From Synechococcus sp. (GTDB lineage Bacteria > Cyanobacteriota > Cyanobacteriia > PCC-6307 > Cyanobiaceae), in contig JBJBDC010000001.1 in the NCBI GenBank assembly GCA_047285535.1, positions 1,152,136-1,216,135 of the forward strand: a DNA stretch of 64,000 bases, given 5' to 3'. The notes below the pieces were generated by a model. It did no database searches. It was not told the DNA's origin and was given only the letters and a program-made list of their open reading frames with translations. How positions within the stretch are numbered: the stretch's first letter is position 1; every line of letters starts with the position of its first letter. This document shows, piece after piece, positions 9,804-18,691 of this stretch. Both the position numbers and the translations under genes were made by a program.

Positions 9804-10038
9804 AGTCTCTGTCAAAAGAACAATCGCCCCCCCAAACGATGGCTTCTATTGGATTATGCCTACAATACAGGTGTGCAAACCAAACGTTTGCAAATAATTC
9901 ATTGCTGAGACAAAAACAGTGCTAAAAGTGAAAGCTAAAAAACAAAAAACGCTTTGCTTGTCTAGCCCCAACAAGCATATGATTAATCATTAAGAGGAAT
10001 TTCGTTCAATTTGAAAGAATTTTATTTCACAAACTCTC

Positions 10039-10332
10039 CTACCAAAGCTCTTCTTCGCAATCTGTCTTAACTACCAGATTAGATGTTGCATAGGCAACGC
10101 ATAATAAAACATAATTATCATTTATTTGACCTTCATCTAAAAAACTCTGATCCGTTTGATCGAGTGTGCCTTCAATTAGCTTGCCAACGCATGAGCTACA
10201 AGCCCCAGCGCGACAAGAGTAGGACATATCAATACCAGCCTGCTCTGCTGCATCTAAAATATACTCATCATCGGGACAATCAAATGATGCCGTGCCTTGA
10301 GGTGTAATCAGCTGAACACTAAAAAATGTCAT
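10039..10332 (-). CDS. petF: [2Fe-2S] plant-type ferredoxin
   Basis: YILDAAEQAG, SCRAGACSSC, DQSFLD, LLCVAY, EEEL. Confidence 0.95.
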   Translation of the reverse strand: MTFFSVQLITPQGTASFDCPDDEYILDAAEQAGIDMSYSCRAGACSSCVGKLIEGTLDQTDQSFLDEGQINDNYVLLCVAYATSNLVVKTDCEEELW

Positions 10333-10560
10333 TACAAAAATAGTGCGGATACAACTTTATTCCATCTAATCCATCATTCGAAACATTCAGCTATATGCAG
10401 CGTATCATTTAGCACTAGTGGTTAAACAATGGCGACAAGGAGGTGCGTAATTAGATGATTAACCTGAGTCCATGTGGCCATTCATTTCGATCATTACGAT
10501 AGAGCTTTTAATAACATTTTTCTTCTCGCTTATTACCACAACTGATAACTTAAATGAAAT

Positions 10561-10788
10561 ATGAATATCAACATGTCTAATGAACGGTTTTCTCGATTTC
10601 TTGGTAACGCCCATGGATGGAGATCCAAACGTCTAAGACTTGCATTAGCGCTTAGAGAGCAAGGTTGGACTTACAAAAAGATTGGCGATCATCTCAGCAC
10701 GACTCCGCGCTCAATCGGTAGAGATATTAAATGTTTTGTGATTAAATCGAGAGAAAAAACGACTGTTCAAGTTTCGATGACTGCATAG
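10561..10788 (+). CDS. small helix-turn-helix protein
   Basis: LALALREQGWTYKKIGDHLSTTPRSI fits an HTH pattern; divergent from the ferredoxin. Confidence 0.5.
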   Translation: MNINMSNERFSRFLGNAHGWRSKRLRLALALREQGWTYKKIGDHLSTTPRSIGRDIKCFVIKSREKTTVQVSMTA

Positions 10789-11237
10789 GTTTTTAAAAAT
10801 CATAAGTGTCTTCAATCAGTCTATGTATTGTTTAGCTTGAAAATATGCAAATGCGAGTCGATCTCATTTCAACTTCTTGTGCCATATCCTCAATCACTTC
10901 TTTATTCGCCAGAAGTGATTCTTAAGGCCTATGCAAAGATTTTTTGCCTGGATTTTTGCATCCTATTTACACAAGGCCATCCCATTTTAAATGTCCTTGA
11001 AGTAAAATCAAATCGCCTTAATCCTCAAAAACATATAGAGGAACTTCGCTCTTAGAGAAAAATCTATGATCTTCGCAATCACCCATTTCAAATATTAGTT
11101 CCCAGTCATCATCCGCCAAATGAATTGCAAGGACATACAAATAAATGCGGATTTTAGAATAATTTTTTAAACCTCAAGCTATATATCTTTCATGGTGAGT
11201 TTTGCATAAAAGGCATTAAAAGCAACACAATCATAAT

Positions 11238-12356
11238 TTAAAGGAGTGCTTCGCGCCGGCATCCCATCAACCGCTCTGACCAGCTTTCAGCATAAGCGCG
11301 ATTAGCCTTTTGCTGATCACTATGGTCAGTATCAAGTGGATAGGGCATAGTGCCTGTAATCGCGCCATTTGTAACACAAAACATTGACTTCTGAAAACTT
11401 ATGCAGATTTGTACATGAACATCATTTAGTCCCCTTCCATGCGACTCATACCAATGACTAAGCTCCTCTGGAAGATTGCGATACATATCTTGCATGCACA
11501 AACTGGGTGGTATACCCGCTCCCATGCTGGGAATTGGATCTGCATACAGAGCGCCATACTTAAAATCACTGATATCAGCAGAAATTTGTCGAGCTTGGGC
11601 GTTATAGGAGACAGTTCCTAAAAAAGGCATTCCTCGAAAAAAGACTGCTTCGACATAAGGAACAGCAACATCAACGAGAAAAGTGAGTCCTGCTTCTGGT
11701 GGAAGAATCCATACATCTTCTTTCCCAACAGCGACTTTATAAGAGATTGGATTTCCCGCTGCGGCCACAAGGCCATCTCTGATGTGATGAACCGCATCAT
11801 TAACAGAAACAATTTCACCATTTCGATATCGTCGCGACAGATCAAGAAACAAATCACTCATCACACGCCAAAAAAGGCCGAGAGCATAGATGGTCGCCAT
11901 GGAACGGATTGCCTCAGGAGCAAATCCCGGATAAAGCGTATGAACCAAAGCCAACAATGGGTCTCGGCGGCTACGCAGCGAAATAAGTCTCTGACAGGTT
12001 TCCAGGAAAGGCTGGGAATCGAAATAAGCATCCATTCCACCTGTTCCGTGCCAAAACATCGCTTTTTGGCAATACTCGGCGTACTCGAAGTTAATACGAT
12101 TACCGCATAGGTGCTGCCATAGGCGCTGAAAACTGAAACCCTCGTGAAAAAAACGCATCACAGGGAATGGATTCAGAAGCTGAGTTTCACCTTGATTAAC
12201 CAAGTTACGACTATAAGCATCAAGAACAATCCCATAGCTATCCAAAACATTGACAATCTGTAGAAGATGATCTGGCGTGTCTTCCAGCAAGGGTTGATCA
12301 GACAGGAGACGACGAATCAACTCATCACGATCTGGCAGGGTTGGAACGGCAGTCAT
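11238..12356 (-). CDS. cupB: CO2 hydration protein CupB/ChpX
   Basis: INFEYAEYC, YVEAVFFRG, SYNAQA, YADPIPSMGAGIPP, FQKSMFCVT; follows ndhF4-ndhD4. Confidence 0.93.
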   Translation of the reverse strand: MTAVPTLPDRDELIRRLLSDQPLLEDTPDHLLQIVNVLDSYGIVLDAYSRNLVNQGETQLLNPFPVMRFFHEGFSFQRLWQHLCGNRINFEYAEYCQKAMFWHGTGGMDAYFDSQPFLETCQRLISLRSRRDPLLALVHTLYPGFAPEAIRSMATIYALGLFWRVMSDLFLDLSRRYRNGEIVSVNDAVHHIRDGLVAAAGNPISYKVAVGKEDVWILPPEAGLTFLVDVAVPYVEAVFFRGMPFLGTVSYNAQARQISADISDFKYGALYADPIPSMGAGIPPSLCMQDMYRNLPEELSHWYESHGRGLNDVHVQICISFQKSMFCVTNGAITGTMPYPLDTDHSDQQKANRAYAESWSERLMGCRREALL

Positions 12357-13861
12357 GACAGACCTCCTATCGAGGGGAACAGGGCTAGTTCGCTTAAGCC
12401 TGTCGTTGCGGCCTGACTGATCCCAACCAAAAGATCAGGAGCTAGTCCAAGAAGAAGCACAAAGAAGGAAAGGGCAATAGCAGGAAGTTGCTCTTGAAGC
12501 GGTACGTTCGAAAGAATGGTTGGATTGGAGACGCTGCCTGCAGCAATGGCCAGTCGTCCAAAAAAGGCCCGATTCACAAGCAACAAGAAATAAACAGCTG
12601 TCAAACCTGAACCCACCATGCAAAGCAAAGTGGGAAGAGGAAACGGCCCCAAGCTGCCCCTAAATACGAGAAACTCAGAAATAAAACCAGCCATACCAGG
12701 GATTCCGGCACTGGCCATCACACCAATGATCATCAAGGTGCCGGTCAAAGGAAGTCCACGCTGGGGATTGAGCAATCCTCTAAGAACATTCAAATCTCTG
12801 GTACCGGTTCGTTCGTAAACAACCCCAACAGCAAGAAAGAGCACTGCTGAAATCAAACCATGACTCACCATTTGAAATAGGGCACCAATTAAACCCAACG
12901 GCGTTGCTGCAGCCGCAGCCAAAAGAACATATCCCATATGTCCTACGGAGCTGTAAGCCACCATCCGTTTCATATCCGACTGAGCAATGGCCGCCAAAGA
13001 GCCATAAAGCACAGAAATTGCAGCCCAAAGCGCCAGCCATGGTGCTGCCAACTCCCACGCCTCGGGAAAGAGCCCGAGACAGAAACGCAACAAGCCATAG
13101 GTGCCCAACTTGAGGAGAACCCCCGCCAAAAGGACTGAAACAGGAGTGGATGCTTCAGTGTGAGCATCAGGTAACCAAGTATGGAAAGGGAAGAGAGGGA
13201 TCTTGATCCCAAAACCTATGAGCAAAGCTCCCATCAACAACAACTGAGAAGTGAGACCCATCTCTCCAGACAAAATTGGATGGATGCCGAAGTCGACGCT
13301 TCCTGTTACGAGAGCGATACCAAGGAACGCGCCCAATATTAATATTCCAGACACAGCAGTCACAATGAGAAATTTTGTGGATGCATAAGCTCGATTGGAA
13401 CCTCCCCAAACAGCAATTAACAACCAAAGCGGGATCAGCTCTAGCTCATAAAAAAGGAAAAAGAGAAGCAAATTTTGAGACAAAAAAGCTCCATTAACTG
13501 CGCCACTAATAATCAACAACAAGGCGAAGTAAATTCGCGGTCGATTCTCTATGTTTCGAGATGCCAATGCTGCAACAAGACACAAAACAGCATTGATTAA
13601 TACCAACGGCAGAGAAATTCCATCTACTGCCAAAGAGTAATCAAGACCAACACTGGGCAGCCAGGGGAGATGTTCTTGAAGCTGCAAGCCAGGATTACTC
13701 GGTTCAAACCAGAACAGCACCATAAAACTTACAATGGTTTGAACCGAAAGGATGAGCAGAGTGAGACGCCTGAGTTGAGCCGAACCCGATCCTGCTGGCC
13801 ACAAGGATAAGAGAAGCGCACCTAGAAAGGGGATCAAAAGCAGGAAAGTAAGAATCATCAT
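12353..13861 (-). CDS. ndhD4: NDH-1 subunit NdhD4 (CO2 uptake)
   Basis: NuoM-type membrane protein: FFLFYELELIP, KIPLFPFHTWLPDAH, KRMVAYSSVGHMG; operon context. Confidence 0.92.
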   Translation of the reverse strand: MMILTFLLLIPFLGALLLSLWPAGSGSAQLRRLTLLILSVQTIVSFMVLFWFEPSNPGLQLQEHLPWLPSVGLDYSLAVDGISLPLVLINAVLCLVAALASRNIENRPRIYFALLLIISGAVNGAFLSQNLLLFFLFYELELIPLWLLIAVWGGSNRAYASTKFLIVTAVSGILILGAFLGIALVTGSVDFGIHPILSGEMGLTSQLLLMGALLIGFGIKIPLFPFHTWLPDAHTEASTPVSVLLAGVLLKLGTYGLLRFCLGLFPEAWELAAPWLALWAAISVLYGSLAAIAQSDMKRMVAYSSVGHMGYVLLAAAAATPLGLIGALFQMVSHGLISAVLFLAVGVVYERTGTRDLNVLRGLLNPQRGLPLTGTLMIIGVMASAGIPGMAGFISEFLVFRGSLGPFPLPTLLCMVGSGLTAVYFLLLVNRAFFGRLAIAAGSVSNPTILSNVPLQEQLPAIALSFFVLLLGLAPDLLVGISQAATTGLSELALFPSIGGLS

Positions 13862-13865
13862 TATT

Positions 13866-15710
13866 TCAATTAAGCCACCAACTCAGCGAAGACAAAAGCA
13901 ATACAATTGCAGCGACTACAGTCAATAAATAGCTTTGACTTTGGCCACTAATACTCAACTTAAGGCCTTCAGCGCTCTGAAGTGAGAATCGAGCAAGTGA
14001 ATGAAGAACTCCATCAACAACATTACGGTCGAAGATGTAGGCAAGTCGTGAAAACATGGCTATAACATTAACAATAGTCAAGCGATAAAATCGTTCTGTA
14101 TAGAAATCGTTTTCAAGAAGATCCTGGAACCAACGCAGCACCGGATTTAAAGATCGCGACCAAGCCTTATTCAGTGGAATCAAACCTCCAAACAGCAAAC
14201 CGAGCATTCCGCTGACGACGACAACACCAGCAGCCCAAAGAGGAAAAGCGAGCAAACCATCCAAGGACTCCAGGCGAATCAGCAAAAAAGGAGTCAGGAC
14301 AACGATCACCGCTAGAGCCACCATTGGGAATGCCATCTGCCAATTCACCTCGGCAGCTCGACGAGTTTTAGTAAGAGAAGGCCCTAGGAAAACCTGCCGA
14401 AAAACCCTGGTGAGATTCAACGCTGTCAGAGCATTCGTGAGAAGAAAGACAGGTACGAAGATCACAGAGCGAGCTCCGACCAGCTCTACAGCTTGCGCCA
14501 AACAGAGAAATCCACCCAGTGGCAGAAGACCAACAAGGCCGGCACTGCCCACAAGAAAAGAACCAGTTGTGGCTGGCATCCTCCCGCCAAGACCGCCAAG
14601 CTCAGTGATGTCCTGACAATTGGTAGAAGCGATCACACCGCCCACACTCATCGAAAGCAGTGCCTTCGAAACAGCATGAGCGAAAAGGAGTAGCAGAGCC
14701 AAAACAGGGACCTGCAAAGAAATAGCAATAAAGACGAGCCCCAAATAGGCAGTCGTTGAATAAGAAAGCGTGCGTTTGATGTCCACCTGGGCGATGGACA
14801 CCAACGAACCCCCAATCGCACTGATTGTTCCGATCACCTGAAGAACAATCAGCGTGACAGGTGCATGCTGAAGAAGGGGCATCACCTTGAGCAAAACAAT
14901 GGCGCCGCATGTAACAACAACTGAATTGCGAAGAATCGATGCGGGGTTCGGACCTTCCATGGCTTCATCCAGCCATAGGTGCATTGGAAATTGGGCACAT
15001 TTCCCCGTAGGACCAGCGATTAGCCCAAGGCCAAGCAGAGTTGCTGCAAGGGGGCTAAGGGTCTCAGAGGCTGACCATGCATAGAGGTCATCAAAGCTAA
15101 TAACCCCTGACCAAGTCGCTAAAGCCACCATCCCCATTAACAGCATGACATCACCAACACGCTTGGTGAGGAAGGCATCCCTCGCCGCTGTCACAACAAG
15201 GGGCTGGGCGTACCAAAAGCCCACGAGGAGGTAAGTCGAGAGCGTGAGCATTTCCAGCAAGAAATAGCTCTGAAACAAGGAGTCACTCAAAACAACTCCT
15301 GACATCGCTCCTTCGAAGAAGCCAAGCAATGCAAAGAAGCGTGCTAGTGCCCACTCCTTATCGAGGTACCCCAGCGAATACACCTGAGAAAACAAACTCA
15401 AACCAGTGATCAGCTCAAGAGCAGAAACATTGGTCAAAGAGAGGCTGAAGCTGATGTCGAGATTGAGGTCAGCAACGCTGAGCCATGGAAAAGTGAGAAC
15501 CGTTGGTCCACCTGCCATGACATCACGAAGGACAAGACTTCCATGAATGAAAGCCAACAGCGTGAACAGAATGTTGAGGTATGCCGCAGGACGATGTGCA
15601 TCCCTCCGGAAGAGCCCAAGGGCCCAAGGCAATGAGATCAACATTCCTGAGAACCCATAAAGAGGGATCAACCAGGCGGTTTGAAGAGGCAGCATTGCAG
15701 CTGATGTCAA
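13866..15710 (-). CDS. ndhF4: NDH-1 subunit NdhF4 (CO2 uptake)
   Basis: NuoL-type: AFLTKRVGD, GKCAQFPMHLWLDEAMEGPNPAS, DIKRTLSYST; start uncertain (TTG 15710 or ATG 15695). Confidence 0.92.
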   Translation of the reverse strand: MTSAAMLPLQTAWLIPLYGFSGMLISLPWALGLFRRDAHRPAAYLNILFTLLAFIHGSLVLRDVMAGGPTVLTFPWLSVADLNLDISFSLSLTNVSALELITGLSLFSQVYSLGYLDKEWALARFFALLGFFEGAMSGVVLSDSLFQSYFLLEMLTLSTYLLVGFWYAQPLVVTAARDAFLTKRVGDVMLLMGMVALATWSGVISFDDLYAWSASETLSPLAATLLGLGLIAGPTGKCAQFPMHLWLDEAMEGPNPASILRNSVVVTCGAIVLLKVMPLLQHAPVTLIVLQVIGTISAIGGSLVSIAQVDIKRTLSYSTTAYLGLVFIAISLQVPVLALLLLFAHAVSKALLSMSVGGVIASTNCQDITELGGLGGRMPATTGSFLVGSAGLVGLLPLGGFLCLAQAVELVGARSVIFVPVFLLTNALTALNLTRVFRQVFLGPSLTKTRRAAEVNWQMAFPMVALAVIVVLTPFLLIRLESLDGLLAFPLWAAGVVVVSGMLGLLFGGLIPLNKAWSRSLNPVLRWFQDLLENDFYTERFYRLTIVNVIAMFSRLAYIFDRNVVDGVLHSLARFSLQSAEGLKLSISGQSQSYLLTVVAAIVLLLSSLSWWLN

Positions 15711-15789
15711 AAGAAACGGGGCGTTTGCGCCGTCGAAAATCATCTTTGGGCGGGAATCTAAACCGAGAAGGAGACCGATGCCGTGTCAA

Positions 15790-16329
15790 TCAAAGCCGGC
15801 GCGTCACATTCGTGACGGAGAGAGCTGGCTCAACCTCATCATGAGGACGAGCAATGATATGCGCTGCTACAAGACCATCTCCTACACGCTCACAGGCGTC
15901 GGCCCCAGCACGCACCGCAGCATTAACGGCTCCGGTTTCTCCACGAACCATGACAGTGACGTAACCACCACCGACGTATTCACGACTGATCAGTTGTACT
16001 TCGGCCGCTTTCGTCATCGCATCGGCGGCCTCAATCGCAGGGACCATTCCACGGGTTTCGATCATGCCAAGAGCAATTCCGAAAGCAGGTGTCGGAGTTG
16101 AGCTGCCGGAAGACTTGAGCGCAGAGCCACTTCCTCTCCCCCCGCCTGCAGTTGTGCTTCGAGACGTAGTACGAGAGGTAGTGCTCTTTTTGGCGGAAGT
16201 AGTGCTGGCAACAGACTTCACATTCACTGTGGCTTTAGCCGCTGCAGAAGATGAAGAGGCTGCATTGGCCTGAGAGCTCGATGCAGAAGAGTCGACACTG
16301 GAGCGGCGGCGGGGAGTAGGAGTAGCCAT
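15790..16329 (-). CDS. csoS1E: carboxysome shell protein with Ser/Thr/Arg-rich N-terminal extension (CsoS1E)
   Basis: C-terminal BMC domain GIALGMIETRG...HIIARPH; low-complexity N-terminus; ATG 16329. Confidence 0.88.
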   Translation of the reverse strand: MATPTPRRRSSVDSSASSSQANAASSSSAAAKATVNVKSVASTTSAKKSTTSRTTSRSTTAGGGRGSGSALKSSGSSTPTPAFGIALGMIETRGMVPAIEAADAMTKAAEVQLISREYVGGGYVTVMVRGETGAVNAAVRAGADACERVGDGLVAAHIIARPHDEVEPALSVTNVTRRL

Positions 16330-16373
16330 TGGATTGAAGGGAAAGAGAAACGCAGAAGTCGAACGTGAATCAG

Positions 16374-16625
16374 TTATCCATCTGGCATCCAATGATCAAT
16401 GATTCCAGCGATGGTGAGATCAGTCAGAACTGTGTTATCAGGACAAGCATGTCGTGCAGCTGAACCACTTGCCGTGAAAACCCAGTTGCCTTGACGAGCT
16501 CCAACTGGATCAACCGCAACAAGTTTTTTGCCTTTGTTGTTTTTGAGAACGCGCAAGTGCATATGGTCGAGACCTGCCAAGCGGAAGGTACAAACCAATG
16601 GCCCCATGACCTGCATGATTTCCAT
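16374..16625 (-). CDS. csoS4B: carboxysome vertex pentamer CsoS4B
   Basis: MEIMQV...VAVDPVGA...WVFTASGSAAR...TDLTIAGIID. Confidence 0.93.
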   Translation of the reverse strand: MEIMQVMGPLVCTFRLAGLDHMHLRVLKNNKGKKLVAVDPVGARQGNWVFTASGSAARHACPDNTVLTDLTIAGIIDHWMPDG

Positions 16626-16912
16626 TAGCCCTTCAACTCCTTTGATGAAGACGAAGAAGGCTTTGGGGGATCAGGATCCCAATGATCAATGATGCCAACA
16701 ATTGTCAGATCACTTGGATAGGACTTACTGCCTGCAGCTTCCCGCGCAGCTGAGCTACTGACGCAGATAACCCAATCTCCAGGCTTAGCACCAACAGCAT
16801 CAACAGCTACTTTTTGGGTACTTCCATCCAACACAACCTGTAGATGCTTATGTTCGAAATCAGGGATGCGATTGGTTGAAACCAGAGGCTTTACGACCTT
16901 GACAATAAGCAT
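16625..16912 (-). CDS. csoS4A: carboxysome vertex pentamer CsoS4A
   Basis: LVSTNRI...VAVDAVGAKPGDWV...SSAAREAAG...SDLTIVGIID. Confidence 0.93.
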   Translation of the reverse strand: MLIVKVVKPLVSTNRIPDFEHKHLQVVLDGSTQKVAVDAVGAKPGDWVICVSSSAAREAAGSKSYPSDLTIVGIIDHWDPDPPKPSSSSSKELKG

Positions 16913-16914
16913 GA

Positions 16915-18684
16915 TCAGTGAGCCTCCTGAAGAGCAGGATCTAAGCTGGAGCCAACAACTTCTGCTGGAGAAGTTTTACTTCGGTCTCGAATCGTCAAAC
17001 AGGTATGAAGCAAACCATCTCGAACAAGTTCTGAATAGCGATTTGAAATAGCCAAATTGACTCTCCGACAATCAGAAATTGCTCGTTCACGTGCACCAGG
17101 AACAGCACCTGAATAATCGAACCGAATAACAACTGGAATAGGTAGATCACGTGAGACGTTCAGACCTTTAAAGATCTTCACACCAACGTCCAAATCAGGT
17201 GCACCTTCTTCAACAGTATCGAGGTGGGCAAAATAAGTCAGATTTCGGAGATGTACTTCCTTGAAACCAATCCCAACTCCAATAAAACGTTCCGCATGGC
17301 CTGCATCTGGATAGGGACCACCATGTAGCTGAAGAACATAATCAATCTGAGAAATATTATTTGCAATTAAACGGGTTATCAATGAAACCATTCCCGATGT
17401 CATGGTTCCAGGAGCACCAGATTCAACGGCCTCCGCAATTTGGATCAACGCTTGATCAGGAGACATGTCCATGGTTGCCTCATAGAGATCTTGAGCCGAA
17501 ACCCAACGATCCAACTGGATCGAACTGTCCTTGGAGGGTGGATGAACGCGGATCGCGTCAGAATCTGTGTCGAGTCCAATCAGCAACAAATCAACAGAAG
17601 CACCACAGCAAAAGCTGTTTTCAACAGCCTGGCGAAAATCAAGAAGACGTTGATATCCAGCGGAAGCCGCTAATTTGTCGTTGCTTCCATGCGCAGCGCA
17701 ACCCTGATGGTGGGGATCTAAAGAACTGAAGTGATAAGTCACTACCTTGAGATAACGCGTGTCTTCGCTGGCAGCATTGGGGATTGATTCCCGATACCGA
17801 TGATGCTCAGTTTTGAGCCATCGATTAACCGTGTTCTCGACATCAAACATCGCTCCAGCATGGGAGCGACGTCGTACAGAGCTAAATGGAATACGCAATG
17901 CATAGGCGATGGAATGAGCCAACCGCCCATCCGCGCAAGGGGTCACATCAAGAAGATGGAAACCGCAATCAAGAAGAAACTGCTCAAAAGACTTGGCCGC
18001 TTCACTTTCAGCAGATGAAGCGAGCGGGTCGTCCTGAAAGAAGTGATCACTAAATACACGATGCGATTCGAAGACGCACCATGCGTAAAGAGCTCTCATA
18101 TCCAAAGGAGTAACCCAGGCACGCTCAAGAATGTGAGTCGGCAGGTCAAACCCAAGTTCACGACAAGCCAACTGTTGTGCCTGATCAATGAAATCAGACC
18201 CATGTTGAAGAGCTGAAACTTTCTGAAGTAGCGGGACAATTCTTTCAAACCGTCCCTTCACTTCTAGTTCGTAGGCACGTAAATGATCGTTAGCAAGTTG
18301 ATCCGTAAGAGGATGACTGCCCTTAGGAATTGAGCGATTAGAGCTCGAGTTAGTTGAGCGACTCCACTGGTTCCTCGGCTCACCTGACTGCTTTTGATCA
18401 CGGCGGACCCAAACCGGTTGATCAGGACCTGAACGCCTGCTGTCCTGACCTGTCCTCACGCGCCCGGGGCCAAGATTGCCCTGAGCGATAAGCGCTGCCT
18501 TACCTACTGAGGTGAGCGCTCGCCTCCTCTCAATGGAAGCAGTGCGAGAGGAGAGTGGGCTCTTATCGGATTTAGAAGACTGGGAGGAAGAGGAGGATTT
18601 TGATGTCTTCAGTTGCAACTGACGTCGAGTTGGAGCTGTGGGGGACAGAGGTCGCCCATCGCGAAAAGGCATTGAGCGAACCAT
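16915..18684 (-). CDS. csoS3: carboxysomal carbonic anhydrase CsoSCA (CsoS3)
   Basis: Zn ligands PCADGRL and HFSS...GCAAH; HAERFIGVG; disordered N-terminus. Confidence 0.95.
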   Translation of the reverse strand: MVRSMPFRDGRPLSPTAPTRRQLQLKTSKSSSSSQSSKSDKSPLSSRTASIERRRALTSVGKAALIAQGNLGPGRVRTGQDSRRSGPDQPVWVRRDQKQSGEPRNQWSRSTNSSSNRSIPKGSHPLTDQLANDHLRAYELEVKGRFERIVPLLQKVSALQHGSDFIDQAQQLACRELGFDLPTHILERAWVTPLDMRALYAWCVFESHRVFSDHFFQDDPLASSAESEAAKSFEQFLLDCGFHLLDVTPCADGRLAHSIAYALRIPFSSVRRRSHAGAMFDVENTVNRWLKTEHHRYRESIPNAASEDTRYLKVVTYHFSSLDPHHQGCAAHGSNDKLAASAGYQRLLDFRQAVENSFCCGASVDLLLIGLDTDSDAIRVHPPSKDSSIQLDRWVSAQDLYEATMDMSPDQALIQIAEAVESGAPGTMTSGMVSLITRLIANNISQIDYVLQLHGGPYPDAGHAERFIGVGIGFKEVHLRNLTYFAHLDTVEEGAPDLDVGVKIFKGLNVSRDLPIPVVIRFDYSGAVPGARERAISDCRRVNLAISNRYSELVRDGLLHTCLTIRDRSKTSPAEVVGSSLDPALQEAH

Positions 18685-18691
18685 CAGTTGA

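Noticed and set aside
10828..11055. 75-aa ORF at the island's right edge
   Set aside because: TTG start and no recognisable features.
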